64,000 bases of DNA, from assembly GCA_013001885.1 (NCBI GenBank), contig JABDLD010000033.1, positions 709 to 64,708 of the forward strand, written 5' to 3'. Both the position numbers and the translations under genes were made by a program. Shown here one piece after another: positions 19,254 through 30,428 of this stretch. The notes beneath the pieces are model-generated. The model made no database searches. It saw nothing but the letters and a program-made list of their open reading frames with translations, and was not told where the DNA came from. Origin of the DNA: Lysobacterales bacterium. Its GTDB lineage: Bacteria > Pseudomonadota > Gammaproteobacteria > Xanthomonadales > SZUA-36. Positions within the stretch are counted from its first letter, which is position 1; each line of letters opens with the position of its first letter.

Positions 19254-19720
19254 GTGCAAATCCGTGCCCGGTCCACACCGTGGTCCGCCGTCTCGACGAT
19301 AGTGACCTCGATCGCATTATGGAAATTGAGCTCTCAGCCTATCCATATCCGTGGACCCGCGGCATTTTTGCGGACTGTATCCGGGTTGGTTACGACTGCT
19401 GGGGTTTGCAAGCCGGCGCAATACTGGCCGGGTACAGTGTTCAGACTCATGCCGCAGGTGAGAACCATCTGCTGAACCTGTGCATCGCGCCCGAGTTTCA
19501 GCGCCGGGGCATGGGAAGCATCTTGCTTGACAATGCCATCCGTACCGCTCGCATGCATCTTTGCGATTGCATCTTCCTCGAAGTCCGGCCAAGCAATCGG
19601 GCCGGCATTGAAATCTATCGCAAATACGGGTTTATCCCGGTCGGGGAGAGGCCGGATTATTACCGGTCTGACAGCGGCAAGGAGAGCGCCATCGTGATGC
19701 GGATGGAGCTCGGCAAGTAA
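19250..19720 (+). CDS. rimI: Ribosomal-protein-alanine N-acetyltransferase
   Basis: GNAT fold motif QRRGMGSILL and the RimI-typical N-terminus (IMEIELSAYPYPW). Confidence 0.8.
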   Translation: MSANPCPVHTVVRRLDDSDLDRIMEIELSAYPYPWTRGIFADCIRVGYDCWGLQAGAILAGYSVQTHAAGENHLLNLCIAPEFQRRGMGSILLDNAIRTARMHLCDCIFLEVRPSNRAGIEIYRKYGFIPVGERPDYYRSDSGKESAIVMRMELGK

Positions 19721-22471
19721 TCATTCGCGCAATGACTCAAGCTGGCTGATCTGCTCGTGTAGATTTTCTACCTTGGCTTCGTGCGCCAGCAGTCGTTCGC
19801 GTTCCTGTTCGACTACCGCTTCCGGCGCATTCTCGACAAACCTGCTGTTCCCCAGCTTGCCCTTTGATTTTTTCAGATCAGCGTTTTCGCGTTCCAACTG
19901 CTTGCCAAGGCGTGAAAGTTCCTCTTCCACATCGACCAATCCTTTGAGCGGTATCAGGATCTTCAGGTCGCCCACCAGCGCAACGGCGCACTGCGCCGTG
20001 TCTTCGCTCTGGTCGACCCAGGTCATCGAATGAATCCGCGCCAATTGGGACAGTACGCCGCTGAAACGCTGCTGACGACTGCGGTCGTCTTCGTTGCCGG
20101 CCTGGAACAGTACGTCCAGTTCTTTCGCAGGGGGCAAGTTCAGTTCGGAACGGACGCGACGGACGCCCTGGATGGTGCTCTTGATCCACTCCACATCCCG
20201 TTCGGCCTCTGAATCCCGGGGCCCGGACTGCGGAAATGGCTGCAGCATGATGCTGGCGCCTTCGATATCCAACGGGGTCTTGACCCGTTGCCAGATCTCT
20301 TCCGTGATAAACGGCATGATCGGATGCAGTGTTCTGAGGCAGGTTTCCAATACGGCCAGCAAGGTGTTCCGGGTGATGGCCTGTTGATCCTGCCCGGCTG
20401 ACTGCAATGTGGCCTTGGCAAATTCGAGGTACCAGTCGCAATATTCGTTCCAGATGAATTCATATAGCGCCTGTGCCGCAAGATCGAGACGGTAATCGCC
20501 GAAATGTGTTTCCACTTCGCTGATCATCCGGTTCATGCGGGATACGATCCACTGGTCGATTACATCAGGCTTGTCCGCTGCAGAGACAGGTTTTCCGTCC
20601 GTTTGCATCAGAACAAACCGCGTGGCGTTCCAGAGTTTGTTGCAGAAATTTCGATAGCCTTCGATCCGCCCGAGGTCGAATCGTATGTCACGTCCGGTGG
20701 TTGCCAGCGAGGCAAAGGTGAAACGCAGGGCGTCGGTTCCGAATGGCGGGATACCATCGGGAAACTCCTGCCGCGTGGTCTTCTCGATAGCCGGAGCCAT
20801 TTGCGGTTGCATTAATCCCGAGGTCCGTTTGGAGATCAGGGTCTGCAGGTCGATGCCGTCGATGAGATCCAGTGGATCCAGTACATTGCCTTTCGACTTT
20901 GACATTTTCTGACCGCTTCCGTCGCGGATCAGGCCGTGAATGTAAACGGTTCTGAAGGGAACGTCGTCCATGAACTTCAGACCCATCATGATCATCCGGG
21001 CGACCCAGAAAAAAATGATGTCGAAGCCGGTCACCAGCACACTGGTCGGATAGAAACGCTCCAGGTAATCGGTTTTTTCGGGCCAGCCAAGCGTGGAAAA
21101 AGGCCACAGGGCAGAAGAAAACCAGGTGTCGAGCACATCCTCATCCTGCCGCAGCAAGACGTCGGATGAGAGACCCGAGCGGCGCCTTGCGTCCTCTTCA
21201 CTGGTGCCGACATGAATGTTGCCTTCCGGGTCATACCAGGCTGGAATGCGATGCCCCCACCAGAGCTGCCGGCTGATGCACCAGTCTTCAATCCGGTGCA
21301 TCCAGTCAAAATAGGTTTTACTCCAGTTGGCCGGAACGAATTCAATCCGTCCGCTTTCCACCGCCTCGATAGCCGGCTGAGCGAGCGGTGCGATTTTTAC
21401 ATACCACTGGTCGGTCAGATAAGGCTCGACAATCTCGTGCGAACGGTCTCCGCGCGGAATCATCAGCTTGTGGTCGTCTATTTTTTCGAGCAGACCCAGC
21501 TTTTCGAGATCTTCCACGATGAGCTCACGCGCCGCGAACCGGGTCTTGCCCCGATATGCCTCGGGCGCGTTGTCGTTCAGACAGGCATTGATATCGAGTA
21601 CATTGATCAGTTCCAGATCATGTCTTTTGCCGATTTCGTAGTCATTGAAGTCGTGTGCGGGGGTGATTTTCACGCAGCCCGAACCGAATTCAGAGTCGAC
21701 GTATTCATCTGCGATAATCGGAATCGTGCGATCCGTCAGGGGCAGTTCGAGCTCTAACCCGACCAGTTCGGTATATCGTTCATCGGCCGGGTGAACCGCG
21801 ACCGCGGTATCGCCCAGCAGCGTTTCGGGCCGCGTGGTCGCCACGACCAGGTGACCGCGTCCATCTGCCCGGGGATAACGGATGTGCCACATCTTGCCCT
21901 GTTCTTCTTCCGAGATAACTTCAAGGTCGGACAGTGCGGTGTGCAGTACCGGGTCCCAGTTCACGAGTCGTTTGCCCCGGTAAATCAGCCCTTCCTCGTA
22001 CAGGGTGATGAAGACCTGCTGCACGGCTTTTGAGAGCCCTTCGTCCATGGTGAAACAATGACTGGACCAGTCAACCGATGCGCCCAGCCGGCGCATTTGC
22101 ATACCGATGGTGTCGCCGGAGTGTTCTTTCCAGTCCCACACCGCCTCGACGAAACGTTCCCGTCCAAGATCATGGCGGGACTTGCCCTCCGCCAGAAGCT
22201 GTCTTTCAACGACCATCTGGGTGGCTATCCCGGCGTGATCGGTTCCCGGCTGCCACAAGGTGTCGGCGCCTTTCATCCGTTGCCAGCGGGTGAGAGCGTC
22301 CATGATGGTGTCCTGAAATGCATGGCCCATGTGCAGGCTGCCGGTCACATTGGGGGGCGGCAGCATGATGCAGTAAGGGTGGCTGCCGCCGGCCGGTGCA
22401 TAGTAGCCATTTTCTTCCCAGTTGCGGTACCAGCGTTTTTCTAATTCGTGAGGGTTGTAGCTTTTATCCAT
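19721..22471 (-). CDS. valS: Valine--tRNA ligase
   Basis: The start is trimmed to the ATG at 22471 ([15 protein letters not shown]). [14 protein letters not shown] and KMSKSKGN motifs, with a C-terminal coiled coil. Confidence 0.95.
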   Translation of the reverse strand: MDKSYNPHELEKRWYRNWEENGYYAPAGGSHPYCIMLPPPNVTGSLHMGHAFQDTIMDALTRWQRMKGADTLWQPGTDHAGIATQMVVERQLLAEGKSRHDLGRERFVEAVWDWKEHSGDTIGMQMRRLGASVDWSSHCFTMDEGLSKAVQQVFITLYEEGLIYRGKRLVNWDPVLHTALSDLEVISEEEQGKMWHIRYPRADGRGHLVVATTRPETLLGDTAVAVHPADERYTELVGLELELPLTDRTIPIIADEYVDSEFGSGCVKITPAHDFNDYEIGKRHDLELINVLDINACLNDNAPEAYRGKTRFAARELIVEDLEKLGLLEKIDDHKLMIPRGDRSHEIVEPYLTDQWYVKIAPLAQPAIEAVESGRIEFVPANWSKTYFDWMHRIEDWCISRQLWWGHRIPAWYDPEGNIHVGTSEEDARRRSGLSSDVLLRQDEDVLDTWFSSALWPFSTLGWPEKTDYLERFYPTSVLVTGFDIIFFWVARMIMMGLKFMDDVPFRTVYIHGLIRDGSGQKMSKSKGNVLDPLDLIDGIDLQTLISKRTSGLMQPQMAPAIEKTTRQEFPDGIPPFGTDALRFTFASLATTGRDIRFDLGRIEGYRNFCNKLWNATRFVLMQTDGKPVSAADKPDVIDQWIVSRMNRMISEVETHFGDYRLDLAAQALYEFIWNEYCDWYLEFAKATLQSAGQDQQAITRNTLLAVLETCLRTLHPIMPFITEEIWQRVKTPLDIEGASIMLQPFPQSGPRDSEAERDVEWIKSTIQGVRRVRSELNLPPAKELDVLFQAGNEDDRSRQQRFSGVLSQLARIHSMTWVDQSEDTAQCAVALVGDLKILIPLKGLVDVEEELSRLGKQLERENADLKKSKGKLGNSRFVENAPEAVVEQERERLLAHEAKVENLHEQISQLESLRE

Positions 22472-22478
22472 TTTCCAG

Positions 22479-22913
22479 TCACTTTCCAATCTTATGGCTT
22501 GACGGTTCGAGACCGACCGCGCGATATTCACGGTATTTCTGCCGCGAAGCCAGGCGTTTCTGCTCTGCGCCCGGGACGATCTCGAGCAGGCGAGTGAACC
22601 GGGCAGGATCCTCGATGGCGTGGTCGGTCAGGTTGATCAACAGGTCGCGTCCAGTCGGTAATTCCTTGTCATCAGTACCGATGCTGACCGGTGCCTCCGC
22701 ATTTTCCTGGCCCGTGCCGTGGGGCAGGAACCTGCCGGCTGGAAAGTCCCACATGATCTCATCCAGGGCTGCAGCATCTTTTTCGCTGGCCGTCAGCACG
22801 GCGACTTTGTGGCCCTGCTCCCATGCCATCATGGCCAGCCGGCAGGCGAGGCGCTCTGCCGATTGCGCCGGGCTGGCCAGCACGTAGAAGTCGATCTGGC
22901 AGGTGCGGTTCAC
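22479..22913 (-). CDS. holC: DNA polymerase III chi subunit
   Basis: 144 aa with an IDFYVL... N-terminus typical of HolC. pepA-holC-valS synteny supports the call. Confidence 0.75.
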   Translation of the reverse strand: MNRTCQIDFYVLASPAQSAERLACRLAMMAWEQGHKVAVLTASEKDAAALDEIMWDFPAGRFLPHGTGQENAEAPVSIGTDDKELPTGRDLLINLTDHAIEDPARFTRLLEIVPGAEQKRLASRQKYREYRAVGLEPSSHKIGK

Positions 22914-22917
22914 AAGC

Positions 22918-24393
22918 CTACTTCGAGCGATCCAGCATGTATTGGGCCAGCAGGCCGACCGGCCGGCCCGAGGCGCCGTCGTCGCCGCCCCATTTCCACG
23001 CCGAGCCGGCCACGTCCAGGTGAGCCCACCGCTGGTCTTCTGCGAAACGCGACAGGAAACACGAGGCCGTAACGACTCCGGCAGGCATTCCGCCGATGTT
23101 TTTCATGTCGGCAAACGGACTGTCGAGTTGTGATTGGTATTCCTCCCAGAGCGGAAGCCGCCACGCGCGGTCGACAATGGAGTCGCCGGCGGCGAGCAGA
23201 TCTTGCGCCAGGTCGTCGTCGTTGCTTATCAGGCCGGTGGCGTGATGGCCCAGCGCGACGACGCAGGCGCCGGTGAGCGTCGCGACATCGATGATGACGT
23301 CCGGATCGAATCGCTCGCTGTATGTGATGGCGTCACACAGAACCAGGCGGCCCTCTGCATCGGTATTGAGCACTTCAATGGTCTTGCCGGACATGCTGGT
23401 GATCACGTCACCGGGACGGCAGGCATCCCCGTCCGGCATGTTTTCAACGGCCGCCACTATGCAGATCAGATTGGCCTGTATCTGCAACCTGGCGCAGGTG
23501 ACGAATGCACCGATCACGCCGGCCGCTCCGCACATATCGTATTTCATCTGCATCATGTTTTCGCCGGACTTCAAGGACAGACCCCCCGAATCGAACGTGA
23601 CGCCTTTGCCTATGAACACCGCCGGTTTCTGGTCATCTTCCGCGCCCGAATATTTCAGGATGATCAGCTTGCCGCTATTGGCACTGCCCCGGGACACGGC
23701 GAGAAACGCGTCCATGCCCAGTTCCGCCATGTCATCTTCGTCGAGAATTTCCAGTTCAACCTGGTCGTACCGCGCAGCGATGTTGATCGCTTCCTGGGCG
23801 AGATAAGCCGGGTTGCAGATATTGGCGGGCAGGTCCCCCAGGATTTTTGCCTTTTCAAATCCGGCCGCGAAGGCATTGGCCTGCTCGAGTGCAGACTGTA
23901 GTTCTGTTCCGCCCTGCAGCGATGCCGACTGCATGGGGGCTGGCGAGTCGTCCTTGAGCGGCTTGGTGGTTGTATACAGATAATTGGCCCGATGGATGGC
24001 TAACGCGGCCTGCTTGAGCCGCCGGCTGATTTCTGTGTGTTCGAACTCCAGCTCGTGGACACAGATGTGGCAACTGGTGAGCGCATGATTGCGAAGTGCT
24101 TTTCCAGCCGCGATGCAACCGCGGTCGAAACGGGCGAGCGTCAGCTTTTCCTGTTTACCGAACCCTGCAACCAGTAAGCGCGTGGCGGCCAGGCCGGGCA
24201 GGCCGTGCAGGAAAACGGTCTTGCCGAGTCCGGTTTGAATATCCTTGCTTTCCAGCATGCGGCTGATGGTGCCCCCGCTGACTTTGTCGATCGCGGTCGC
24301 GGCCGGAGACAGGGGCCCGCCCTCCGTAACGCCGATAACCAGGCACTCGGTTTGGGCTTCAATGGGGGGGCTGTTGTCCAGGTTCATCTTCAT
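22918..24393 (-). CDS. pepA: Leucyl aminopeptidase (M17)
   Basis: M17 signature NTDAEGRLVLCD and GKGVTFDSGG. Confidence 0.9.
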   Translation of the reverse strand: MKMNLDNSPPIEAQTECLVIGVTEGGPLSPAATAIDKVSGGTISRMLESKDIQTGLGKTVFLHGLPGLAATRLLVAGFGKQEKLTLARFDRGCIAAGKALRNHALTSCHICVHELEFEHTEISRRLKQAALAIHRANYLYTTTKPLKDDSPAPMQSASLQGGTELQSALEQANAFAAGFEKAKILGDLPANICNPAYLAQEAINIAARYDQVELEILDEDDMAELGMDAFLAVSRGSANSGKLIILKYSGAEDDQKPAVFIGKGVTFDSGGLSLKSGENMMQMKYDMCGAAGVIGAFVTCARLQIQANLICIVAAVENMPDGDACRPGDVITSMSGKTIEVLNTDAEGRLVLCDAITYSERFDPDVIIDVATLTGACVVALGHHATGLISNDDDLAQDLLAAGDSIVDRAWRLPLWEEYQSQLDSPFADMKNIGGMPAGVVTASCFLSRFAEDQRWAHLDVAGSAWKWGGDDGASGRPVGLLAQYMLDRSK

Positions 24394-24499
24394 CAGGGTG
24401 TCCTTTAACTAGGTGATTGCCGGATCCGGGCTCCGGTAAATTTGCAAATATCAAACCAGCCATTCTACAAGAAATCGGCGTTCAATTAGCGTTTCATTT

Positions 24500-25639
24500 T
24501 TGATTGGAGGGATAACTGATAAACTGCTGCTCCGGTCACCTTTTTTTTGGCGCGATGAGGTCACTCTGAATATTTTACAGAAGTATATTTTTCGTGAATG
24601 GCTGTGGACCTTTTTCGCTGTCACGATAGTGCTGCTGGTTATCTTGATCGGCGTGGCGCTCGGCGAACTCTTGAGTGACATCGCCGGCGGGCGCATACCT
24701 TCCGGTCTCCTGTGGACTCTGATCATGCTGAAAATGCCGCAGGTGCTGGGCACCATTGTGCCGCTCAGTGTTTTCATATCTATCATCTGGGGGCTGGGCC
24801 GGTTATACCGGGACCAGGAGATGTCGGTTATGAGATCCAGCGGTTTCAAATGGCAAATGCTGTTGCGGCCACTGTTCAACCTGATCTTTCCGGTCGCTGT
24901 TGTGCTGATGTTTCTCGGTCTGTTCGTGGCGCCGTCTGCGGCATCACTGACACAGCAAAAGCTGCTGGACGCTTTTCGCAATGCTGCTGAATGGGGACTG
25001 CAGCCGGGACAATTTCATGTATTGAAAAGCGGAGACCTGGTGCTGTACGTCGAGTCCGTCGAGAAGGACGGGCGCACGTTGAACAACGTATTCATCCAAT
25101 TGAAGCAGGACGAACGCAAGCAGGTTTGGAGTGCGGAAAAAGGCTATTACTGGCTGGACAAGGATTCGGGAAACCGCTTTCTCACGCTGGAGAATGGCCA
25201 GATGACGGAAGGCGGATCAGAGACGCTCGATTTCGGGGTCATGCGTTTTTCACGCACGGACCTCAGGCTTCCGGAGGAGGAAGATCAGGTAGAACTTGAT
25301 TCGATCGAAACAAAACCAAGCGTGGATATTCTGTTCTCGTCCTCGCTCGAGGATATTGTCGAGGTGCAGTGGCGAATTGCACCCGTTTTCGTGGTGGTGG
25401 TGCTCGGGTTGATGGCCATACCACTGTCCCATGCCCCGCCCCGCGAGGGCCGCGGCGGACGGGCGCTGCTGGGTATTTTGGCTTACATGGTGTACGTCAA
25501 TACGCTTTACATGTCCCGAAACTGGCTGTTGAAGGGCGATATGCCGATCACCATCGGATTGTGGTGGATCCATTTGCTGGCGCTGGTGATTGCACTGATC
25601 TGGCTACGTCGCCAGGGCCGCATGGTAGGGGTGGGCTAA
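24500..25639 (+). CDS. lptF: LPS export ABC transporter permease LptF
   Basis: YjgP/YjgQ family pattern (ILQKYIFREWLWTF...) and divergence from pepA. The true start is uncertain: homologues usually begin near ..LQKYIFRE, and no canonical start codon is seen there, so the ATG at 24500 was kept. Confidence 0.8.
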   Translation: MIGGITDKLLLRSPFFWRDEVTLNILQKYIFREWLWTFFAVTIVLLVILIGVALGELLSDIAGGRIPSGLLWTLIMLKMPQVLGTIVPLSVFISIIWGLGRLYRDQEMSVMRSSGFKWQMLLRPLFNLIFPVAVVLMFLGLFVAPSAASLTQQKLLDAFRNAAEWGLQPGQFHVLKSGDLVLYVESVEKDGRTLNNVFIQLKQDERKQVWSAEKGYYWLDKDSGNRFLTLENGQMTEGGSETLDFGVMRFSRTDLRLPEEEDQVELDSIETKPSVDILFSSSLEDIVEVQWRIAPVFVVVVLGLMAIPLSHAPPREGRGGRALLGILAYMVYVNTLYMSRNWLLKGDMPITIGLWWIHLLALVIALIWLRRQGRMVGVG

Positions 25640-25642
25640 GGC

Positions 25643-26731
25643 ATGGTAAAGCTGGTTGATCTGTACATCGGACGCGCCGCCCTGCTGGGAACCATCGCGG
25701 TCTGGTTTGTCCTCACTTTGCTGTTTTTAGTCATCGACCTGTTGGACGAGTTGCGTAACGTGCAGGACGACTACAGTACCGTGGACGCCCTCTGGGTTCT
25801 TGTGCTGACCATACCCCGTCTGGCCTACAAGATTTTTCCGGTTTCAGCGCTCCTCGGCGCGCTGGTCGGTGTCGGCGGACTGGCCGCGGCAAACGAACTG
25901 GTTGTATTCCGAACCTCGGGAATCTCCCGCATTCGGCTGGCGCTGGCGGCGATTGCCGGCACCATGTCCATCACGGTTTTTGTGATGGTGATCGGCGAAT
26001 GGGTCGCTCCTGCGGCCGAACAACAGGCCCGGGCGTTCAAGCTGAGTGAGATGGTGGGGCAGGCGATCATCGGCGGTCCCAGCGGTATGTGGATACGGGA
26101 GGGAGCAGACTACGTCAATATCCAGCGGCCGGTGCTGACGGCTGATCGCGGTCAGCAATCTGTAGATTTCAAGGATGTCGTGATCTACAACTTCTCGGAT
26201 GAAGCCGACCTGCAGACGATCACGCGTGCTCAGACTGCTACGCATAATGGCACCAACTGGACCCTGGAGGGCGTTGAAAGTGTCCGGTTTTCAGCCGAGG
26301 GCGCAACGGAGACCGCGATTGATCGAATGGACTGGCTGACCGAATTGAAACCCGAATTACTGGATTCTGCGGTCTCACGGCCCAATCTGCTTTCGATCAG
26401 GTCTCTGTGGGATTATCTGGGTTACCTGGGCGAAAACGGTCTGGACGATTCGGTGTACCTGTCGGCGTTTTGGAAAAAGGTGCTGTTTCCCTTAACTGTC
26501 TTCGCGCTGGTATTGGCAGGTATGCCTTTCGTATTCGGATCGGCTCGATCCCAAAACGTCGGTGTGCGACTGTTTTTCGGAATGACTTTGGGCGGCGTCT
26601 TCATGATCGTGAGCCGGGCACTGGAGAAATTCGGAAATATCTACGAAATTGCACCGGTGTTGACGATCATGGCGCCTGTTGCAGCGCTGATCGTCGCCGC
26701 TATTTTGGTTCTGCGCCGCTCGACTTACTGA
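25643..26731 (+). CDS. lptG: LPS export ABC transporter permease LptG
   Basis: Starts 3 nt after lptF. LDLYIGRAALLGT N-terminus, with six TM segments plus a periplasmic beta-jellyroll region. Confidence 0.85.
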   Translation: MVKLVDLYIGRAALLGTIAVWFVLTLLFLVIDLLDELRNVQDDYSTVDALWVLVLTIPRLAYKIFPVSALLGALVGVGGLAAANELVVFRTSGISRIRLALAAIAGTMSITVFVMVIGEWVAPAAEQQARAFKLSEMVGQAIIGGPSGMWIREGADYVNIQRPVLTADRGQQSVDFKDVVIYNFSDEADLQTITRAQTATHNGTNWTLEGVESVRFSAEGATETAIDRMDWLTELKPELLDSAVSRPNLLSIRSLWDYLGYLGENGLDDSVYLSAFWKKVLFPLTVFALVLAGMPFVFGSARSQNVGVRLFFGMTLGGVFMIVSRALEKFGNIYEIAPVLTIMAPVAALIVAAILVLRRSTY

Positions 26732-26733
26732 CC

Positions 26734-27195
26734 TCAAATCCGCACCAGGCGGGTGGCGCTTGCGATGTCGTGCCAGGTACGCCTGTCGGTGTCCGCGAGT
26801 GACCACAGAAAGCCGGCTCCGGCAACAGCAGCAGACACCACTGCGACCAGCAATCGGATCATTGATCTTCCCCAGCCCGGTCTGTTGCCGTTGGCGTCTT
26901 CGATTTTTACCCTCCAGGCCCTCATCCCCACGGTCATTCCTCCGCGATGCCAGCACCAGCAAAAATAGGCAAACCAGAAGAGGGCCAGGTACAGCGTGTA
27001 CCAGGGATCTTTGAGCGCAACCTGGTTCTCGATGCCGGCGAGGATCGCCAGCAGGGCTGCCAACATCAGCAACGCAAGAACCACGACTGCGTCATACAGG
27101 ATGATCGCCAGGCGTCTGGGTAAGCCGCAGGGGCTGCCGCTGGTCTGGTTTTTCTTTTTCACTGCGTGAAAGGCCTTGTTGCACGAATCGCTCAT
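26734..27195 (-). CDS. RDD family membrane protein
   Basis: The start is trimmed to the ATG at 27195 (MSDSCNKAF...). RRLAIILYDAVVV, TVGMRAWRVKI and HDIASATRLV are typical of the RDD domain. Confidence 0.7.
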   Translation of the reverse strand: MSDSCNKAFHAVKKKNQTSGSPCGLPRRLAIILYDAVVVLALLMLAALLAILAGIENQVALKDPWYTLYLALFWFAYFCWCWHRGGMTVGMRAWRVKIEDANGNRPGWGRSMIRLLVAVVSAAVAGAGFLWSLADTDRRTWHDIASATRLVRI

Positions 27196-27328
27196 TATCG
27201 CCCAAAATGCCCCGGACTGTGGTAATGAACCGCCAGCTTCGGTTATCCTCTGCGGCCCTGCAAGAAAGTTTTTTTCTTTCTTTCGGTCGCCGCTAATTTG
27301 AACATTAAATGCAAATCTGGAACAGGCT

Positions 27329-28108
27329 ATGCCAAATAAAATGAAACACGGATCCGCACTGCAGGCTCTGAGCGCTCTCGCCCTGGGATGTTTGACCAGC
27401 ATGGCGTTTGCCCAGGCTCTGGACGCTCCCGTGCAGGTTGAAAGACAAATAAACGAAAAATCAGCCACGTCTCAGACCCGGGTTTCAAGTCTGGCGCGAC
27501 AGACACAGGACTTGCTTACTGAATACCGGTCGGTCGTTCGCGAGACGGACAGTTTGAAAATTTACAACGATAATCTCGAGAGAGTAGTAAACGATCAGCG
27601 AAGCGAGATCGAATCCATCAACCGCCAGCTTGCGGGACTGGAAGCGACCAACCGCGGGGTTGTGCCGTTGATGTTGGAGATGATCGAAACGCTGGACCAG
27701 ATCGTGGAAGCGGACGTGCCTTTCCGAATAGAGGAACGCCGCGCCCGGGTTGAGCGTTTGCGTGACATGATGGATCAGGCAGAAGTAACGGCCTCGGAGA
27801 AATACCGCCGGGTGATGGAAGCCTACCAGGGCGAGCTCGAGTTTGGCCGGACGACCGAAGCCTATTCAGATGTATTGCCGACCACCGGCCAGACCGTCGA
27901 TTTCCTGCGCGTCGGCCGGACCTTGCTGGTTTATCAAACGAGTGATAACTCAGTGACCGGCTGGTTTAACCCGGTCAACCGCCAATTCGAAGAACTGGAA
28001 GATGACCGCTTCCGCCTGGAAGTCAAAGAGGGCCTCGCTATCGCAAGGAACGAAAAAGCACCCGACCTCGTCATGCTGCCGGTACCGGCGCCGGAGGCAG
28101 CACAATGA
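27329..28108 (+). CDS. DUF3450 periplasmic coiled-coil protein (TtpB-like, TonB2-system accessory)
   Basis: Signal peptide plus long coiled coil. It is the first gene of a cluster with the same order as Vibrio TonB2 loci. Confidence 0.65.
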   Translation: MPNKMKHGSALQALSALALGCLTSMAFAQALDAPVQVERQINEKSATSQTRVSSLARQTQDLLTEYRSVVRETDSLKIYNDNLERVVNDQRSEIESINRQLAGLEATNRGVVPLMLEMIETLDQIVEADVPFRIEERRARVERLRDMMDQAEVTASEKYRRVMEAYQGELEFGRTTEAYSDVLPTTGQTVDFLRVGRTLLVYQTSDNSVTGWFNPVNRQFEELEDDRFRLEVKEGLAIARNEKAPDLVMLPVPAPEAAQ

Positions 28109-29454
28109 GAAAATCAGCGCTGATGATGTTCACAATGGTCCTTATTTCGACGAGCCTGCCCGTTGCTGCGCAGTCGCTTGAGGAACTGGCCCGTATCGTG
28201 CGCGAGGCGGCCACAACCGAGGCCAGCATCAACCAGGAACGAGAAGCGCGGTTCGTGCGGGAGCGCGACAACCAGCGGCAGTTGCTGGGGGAAGCGCGTC
28301 AGGAGCTGGCCAACGAGAATGCCCGATCCGACCGGCTGCGGGTGGAATATGACCAGAATGAGCGCACCCTGGCTGATCTGGAAACAACCCTGGCTGAGCG
28401 TATGGGTAATCTCGGAGAGTTGTTCGGTGTCGTGCGCCAGGCATCCGGTGACGTACAGGCTGCCCTGGATGATTCCATGGTCACTGCGCAGTTGCCCGAC
28501 CGCACCCAATTCCTGTCGGAACTCGCACAACGCCGCGAACTGCCGACCGTGCCCGAGCTCAGGGCGCTGTGGTCAGCGATGGTGACAGAAATTGCCGAAT
28601 CCGGACGGGTGGTCAAGTTCACGGCTCCGGTCGAGCGGACCAGCGGCCAGAAAGAAGAACTGGAAGTCGTTCGGCTGGGTGTATTCAATGCGGTCAGCGA
28701 CGGCATTTTTCTCGATTGGGACACCAGCAAAAGCAGGAAAAACTTCATTGAGCTTGCGCGTCAGCCTGCAGCCCGTTTCTCGGGCATGGCCAACGACCTG
28801 CAAGAGGCGTCTGCCGGTGAAATTGTACCGATGTCGGTCGATTTTACCCGCGGTCAGATATTGCGCGCCGTGGTGCAGTCCAAGACACCGATCGAACGGG
28901 TCAGAGAGGATGGCGGGCCGGTCGGTTACGTCATCATCGGTGTCGGACTTTTCGGGCTTCTCATGTGTCTGTGGAAAGCCATAGCGCTATTTTCCACTGG
29001 CGGAAAGATCACTCGCCAGATGAAGAAAGAGGAGCCGGACAAGCGGAATCCGCTCGGTCGTGTGCTGGCCGTATATGCGGATAACCCTGAAGCGGATATT
29101 GAAACCCTGGAGCTCAAGCTCGATGAATCCATCCTGCGCGAAACGGCTCCGATTGAAACCGGTCTGAGTTTCATCAAAGTACTGTATGTCGTGGCGCCGC
29201 TGCTTGGATTGCTGGGAACGGTCGTTGGCATGATCGCGACGTTCCAGATGATCACGCTGTTTGGCACCGGCGATCCCCGCATGATGGCTGGCGGTATTTC
29301 CACCGCTCTGGTCACCACGGTGCTCGGCCTGGTGGTTGCGATTCCGCTGACGCTAATCCACAGTTTCCTGCAGGGTAAGGCCAAATCTTTGATCCAGGTG
29401 CTCGAAGAACAGGCAGCGGGCATCATCGCCCGGATTGCGGAGCAGCGTGCATGA
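28105..29454 (+). CDS. Large MotA/TolQ/ExbB-family proton-channel protein (TtpC-like)
   Basis: 449 aa with an N-terminal periplasmic coiled-coil region. The C-terminal MotA/ExbB core contains LLGLLGTVVGMIATF. ATGA overlap with the upstream gene. Confidence 0.75.
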   Translation: MRKSALMMFTMVLISTSLPVAAQSLEELARIVREAATTEASINQEREARFVRERDNQRQLLGEARQELANENARSDRLRVEYDQNERTLADLETTLAERMGNLGELFGVVRQASGDVQAALDDSMVTAQLPDRTQFLSELAQRRELPTVPELRALWSAMVTEIAESGRVVKFTAPVERTSGQKEELEVVRLGVFNAVSDGIFLDWDTSKSRKNFIELARQPAARFSGMANDLQEASAGEIVPMSVDFTRGQILRAVVQSKTPIERVREDGGPVGYVIIGVGLFGLLMCLWKAIALFSTGGKITRQMKKEEPDKRNPLGRVLAVYADNPEADIETLELKLDESILRETAPIETGLSFIKVLYVVAPLLGLLGTVVGMIATFQMITLFGTGDPRMMAGGISTALVTTVLGLVVAIPLTLIHSFLQGKAKSLIQVLEEQAAGIIARIAEQRA

Positions 29455-29975
29455 TATGGTTCTATGAAGCCATGGGTTCTATCCGTGCCTTCATGGAACT
29501 TGGGGGCAATGTCCTCTGGGCCATTATGCTTGTTCTGTTCCTGATGTGGACGTTCATTCTGGAGCGCCTGTGGTATTTCTACCGCGTCCATCCGCAAAGA
29601 AAACAGCAAATACTGAACCTGTGGGATTCACGGTCGGATACGACGTCGTGGTATGCAAAGAGGATCAGGGAAGGGCTGGTGTCTGAAACATCGCTGTCGC
29701 TGAAACAGAATGTCGGGCTGATCAAGGTTCTCATCGCTATCTGTCCCTTGCTCGGTTTGCTGGGTACCGTGACCGGCATGATCACGGTATTCGACGTGAT
29801 GACCTACAGCGGCGGAGGCAATGCGCGTGCGATGGCCGGAGGTGTGTCGATGGCCACCGTTCCGACTATGGCTGGAATGGTTGCAGCGCTGTCCGGTGTC
29901 TACTTCGGCACCTGGCTGGAGCACAAGGCCCAGGTTGAAACTGAAAAGTTGGAAGACTTGCTGCAGCAACACTGA
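29451..29975 (+). CDS. exbB: ExbB (MotA/TolQ/ExbB proton channel)
   Basis: 174 aa with LLGLLGTVTGMITVF and three TM segments. Start overlaps the upstream stop. Confidence 0.8.
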   Translation: MIWFYEAMGSIRAFMELGGNVLWAIMLVLFLMWTFILERLWYFYRVHPQRKQQILNLWDSRSDTTSWYAKRIREGLVSETSLSLKQNVGLIKVLIAICPLLGLLGTVTGMITVFDVMTYSGGGNARAMAGGVSMATVPTMAGMVAALSGVYFGTWLEHKAQVETEKLEDLLQQH

Positions 29976-30018
29976 GCCGTAATTTATGGCGCCCAGGCGC
30001 CGGTAAAGAGGATTTAGC

Positions 30019-30423
30019 ATGGCCCGAAGGCATGCACAAACAGAAGAAGCCGAAATCAACATCACGCCGATGCTCGATATCGTTTTCATCATGTTGATCT
30101 TTTTTATTGTGACGACTTCGTTCACCAAGGAAACCGGCGCCATGATCATCAAGCCGCAGGCCGAACAGGCCGTGGCTCTGCAAAACGGCACCATTCTGAT
30201 CGGTGTCCGTCCCAACGACGATATCTGGATGGCCAAGCGGCAGATCGAACTGCGCGAGGTTCGCCAGATGGTTGAGCGTGCAAAGTCGGAAAACCCGGAA
30301 GGAAGCGTGGTGATCATCGCCGACAAAGGCTCCCGCATCGGAACCGTCACCCAGGTGATGGATCAGGTCAAACTGGCGGGGGTCGAGGGCATCGCCATCT
30401 CAGCTGAGAAACCGGGCGGGTAG
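30019..30423 (+). CDS. exbD: ExbD biopolymer transport protein
   Basis: INITPMLDIVFIMLIFFIV N-terminal TM motif; 134 aa. Confidence 0.85.
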   Translation: MARRHAQTEEAEINITPMLDIVFIMLIFFIVTTSFTKETGAMIIKPQAEQAVALQNGTILIGVRPNDDIWMAKRQIELREVRQMVERAKSENPEGSVVIIADKGSRIGTVTQVMDQVKLAGVEGIAISAEKPGG

Positions 30424-30428
30424 TGCGG

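Noticed and set aside
27196-27328. Fur box upstream of the TonB2-type cluster.
   Set aside because: The AT-rich segment (gctaatttgaacattaaatgcaaatc) matches the GATAATGATAATCATTATC consensus only weakly. This is not convincing without a PWM score.
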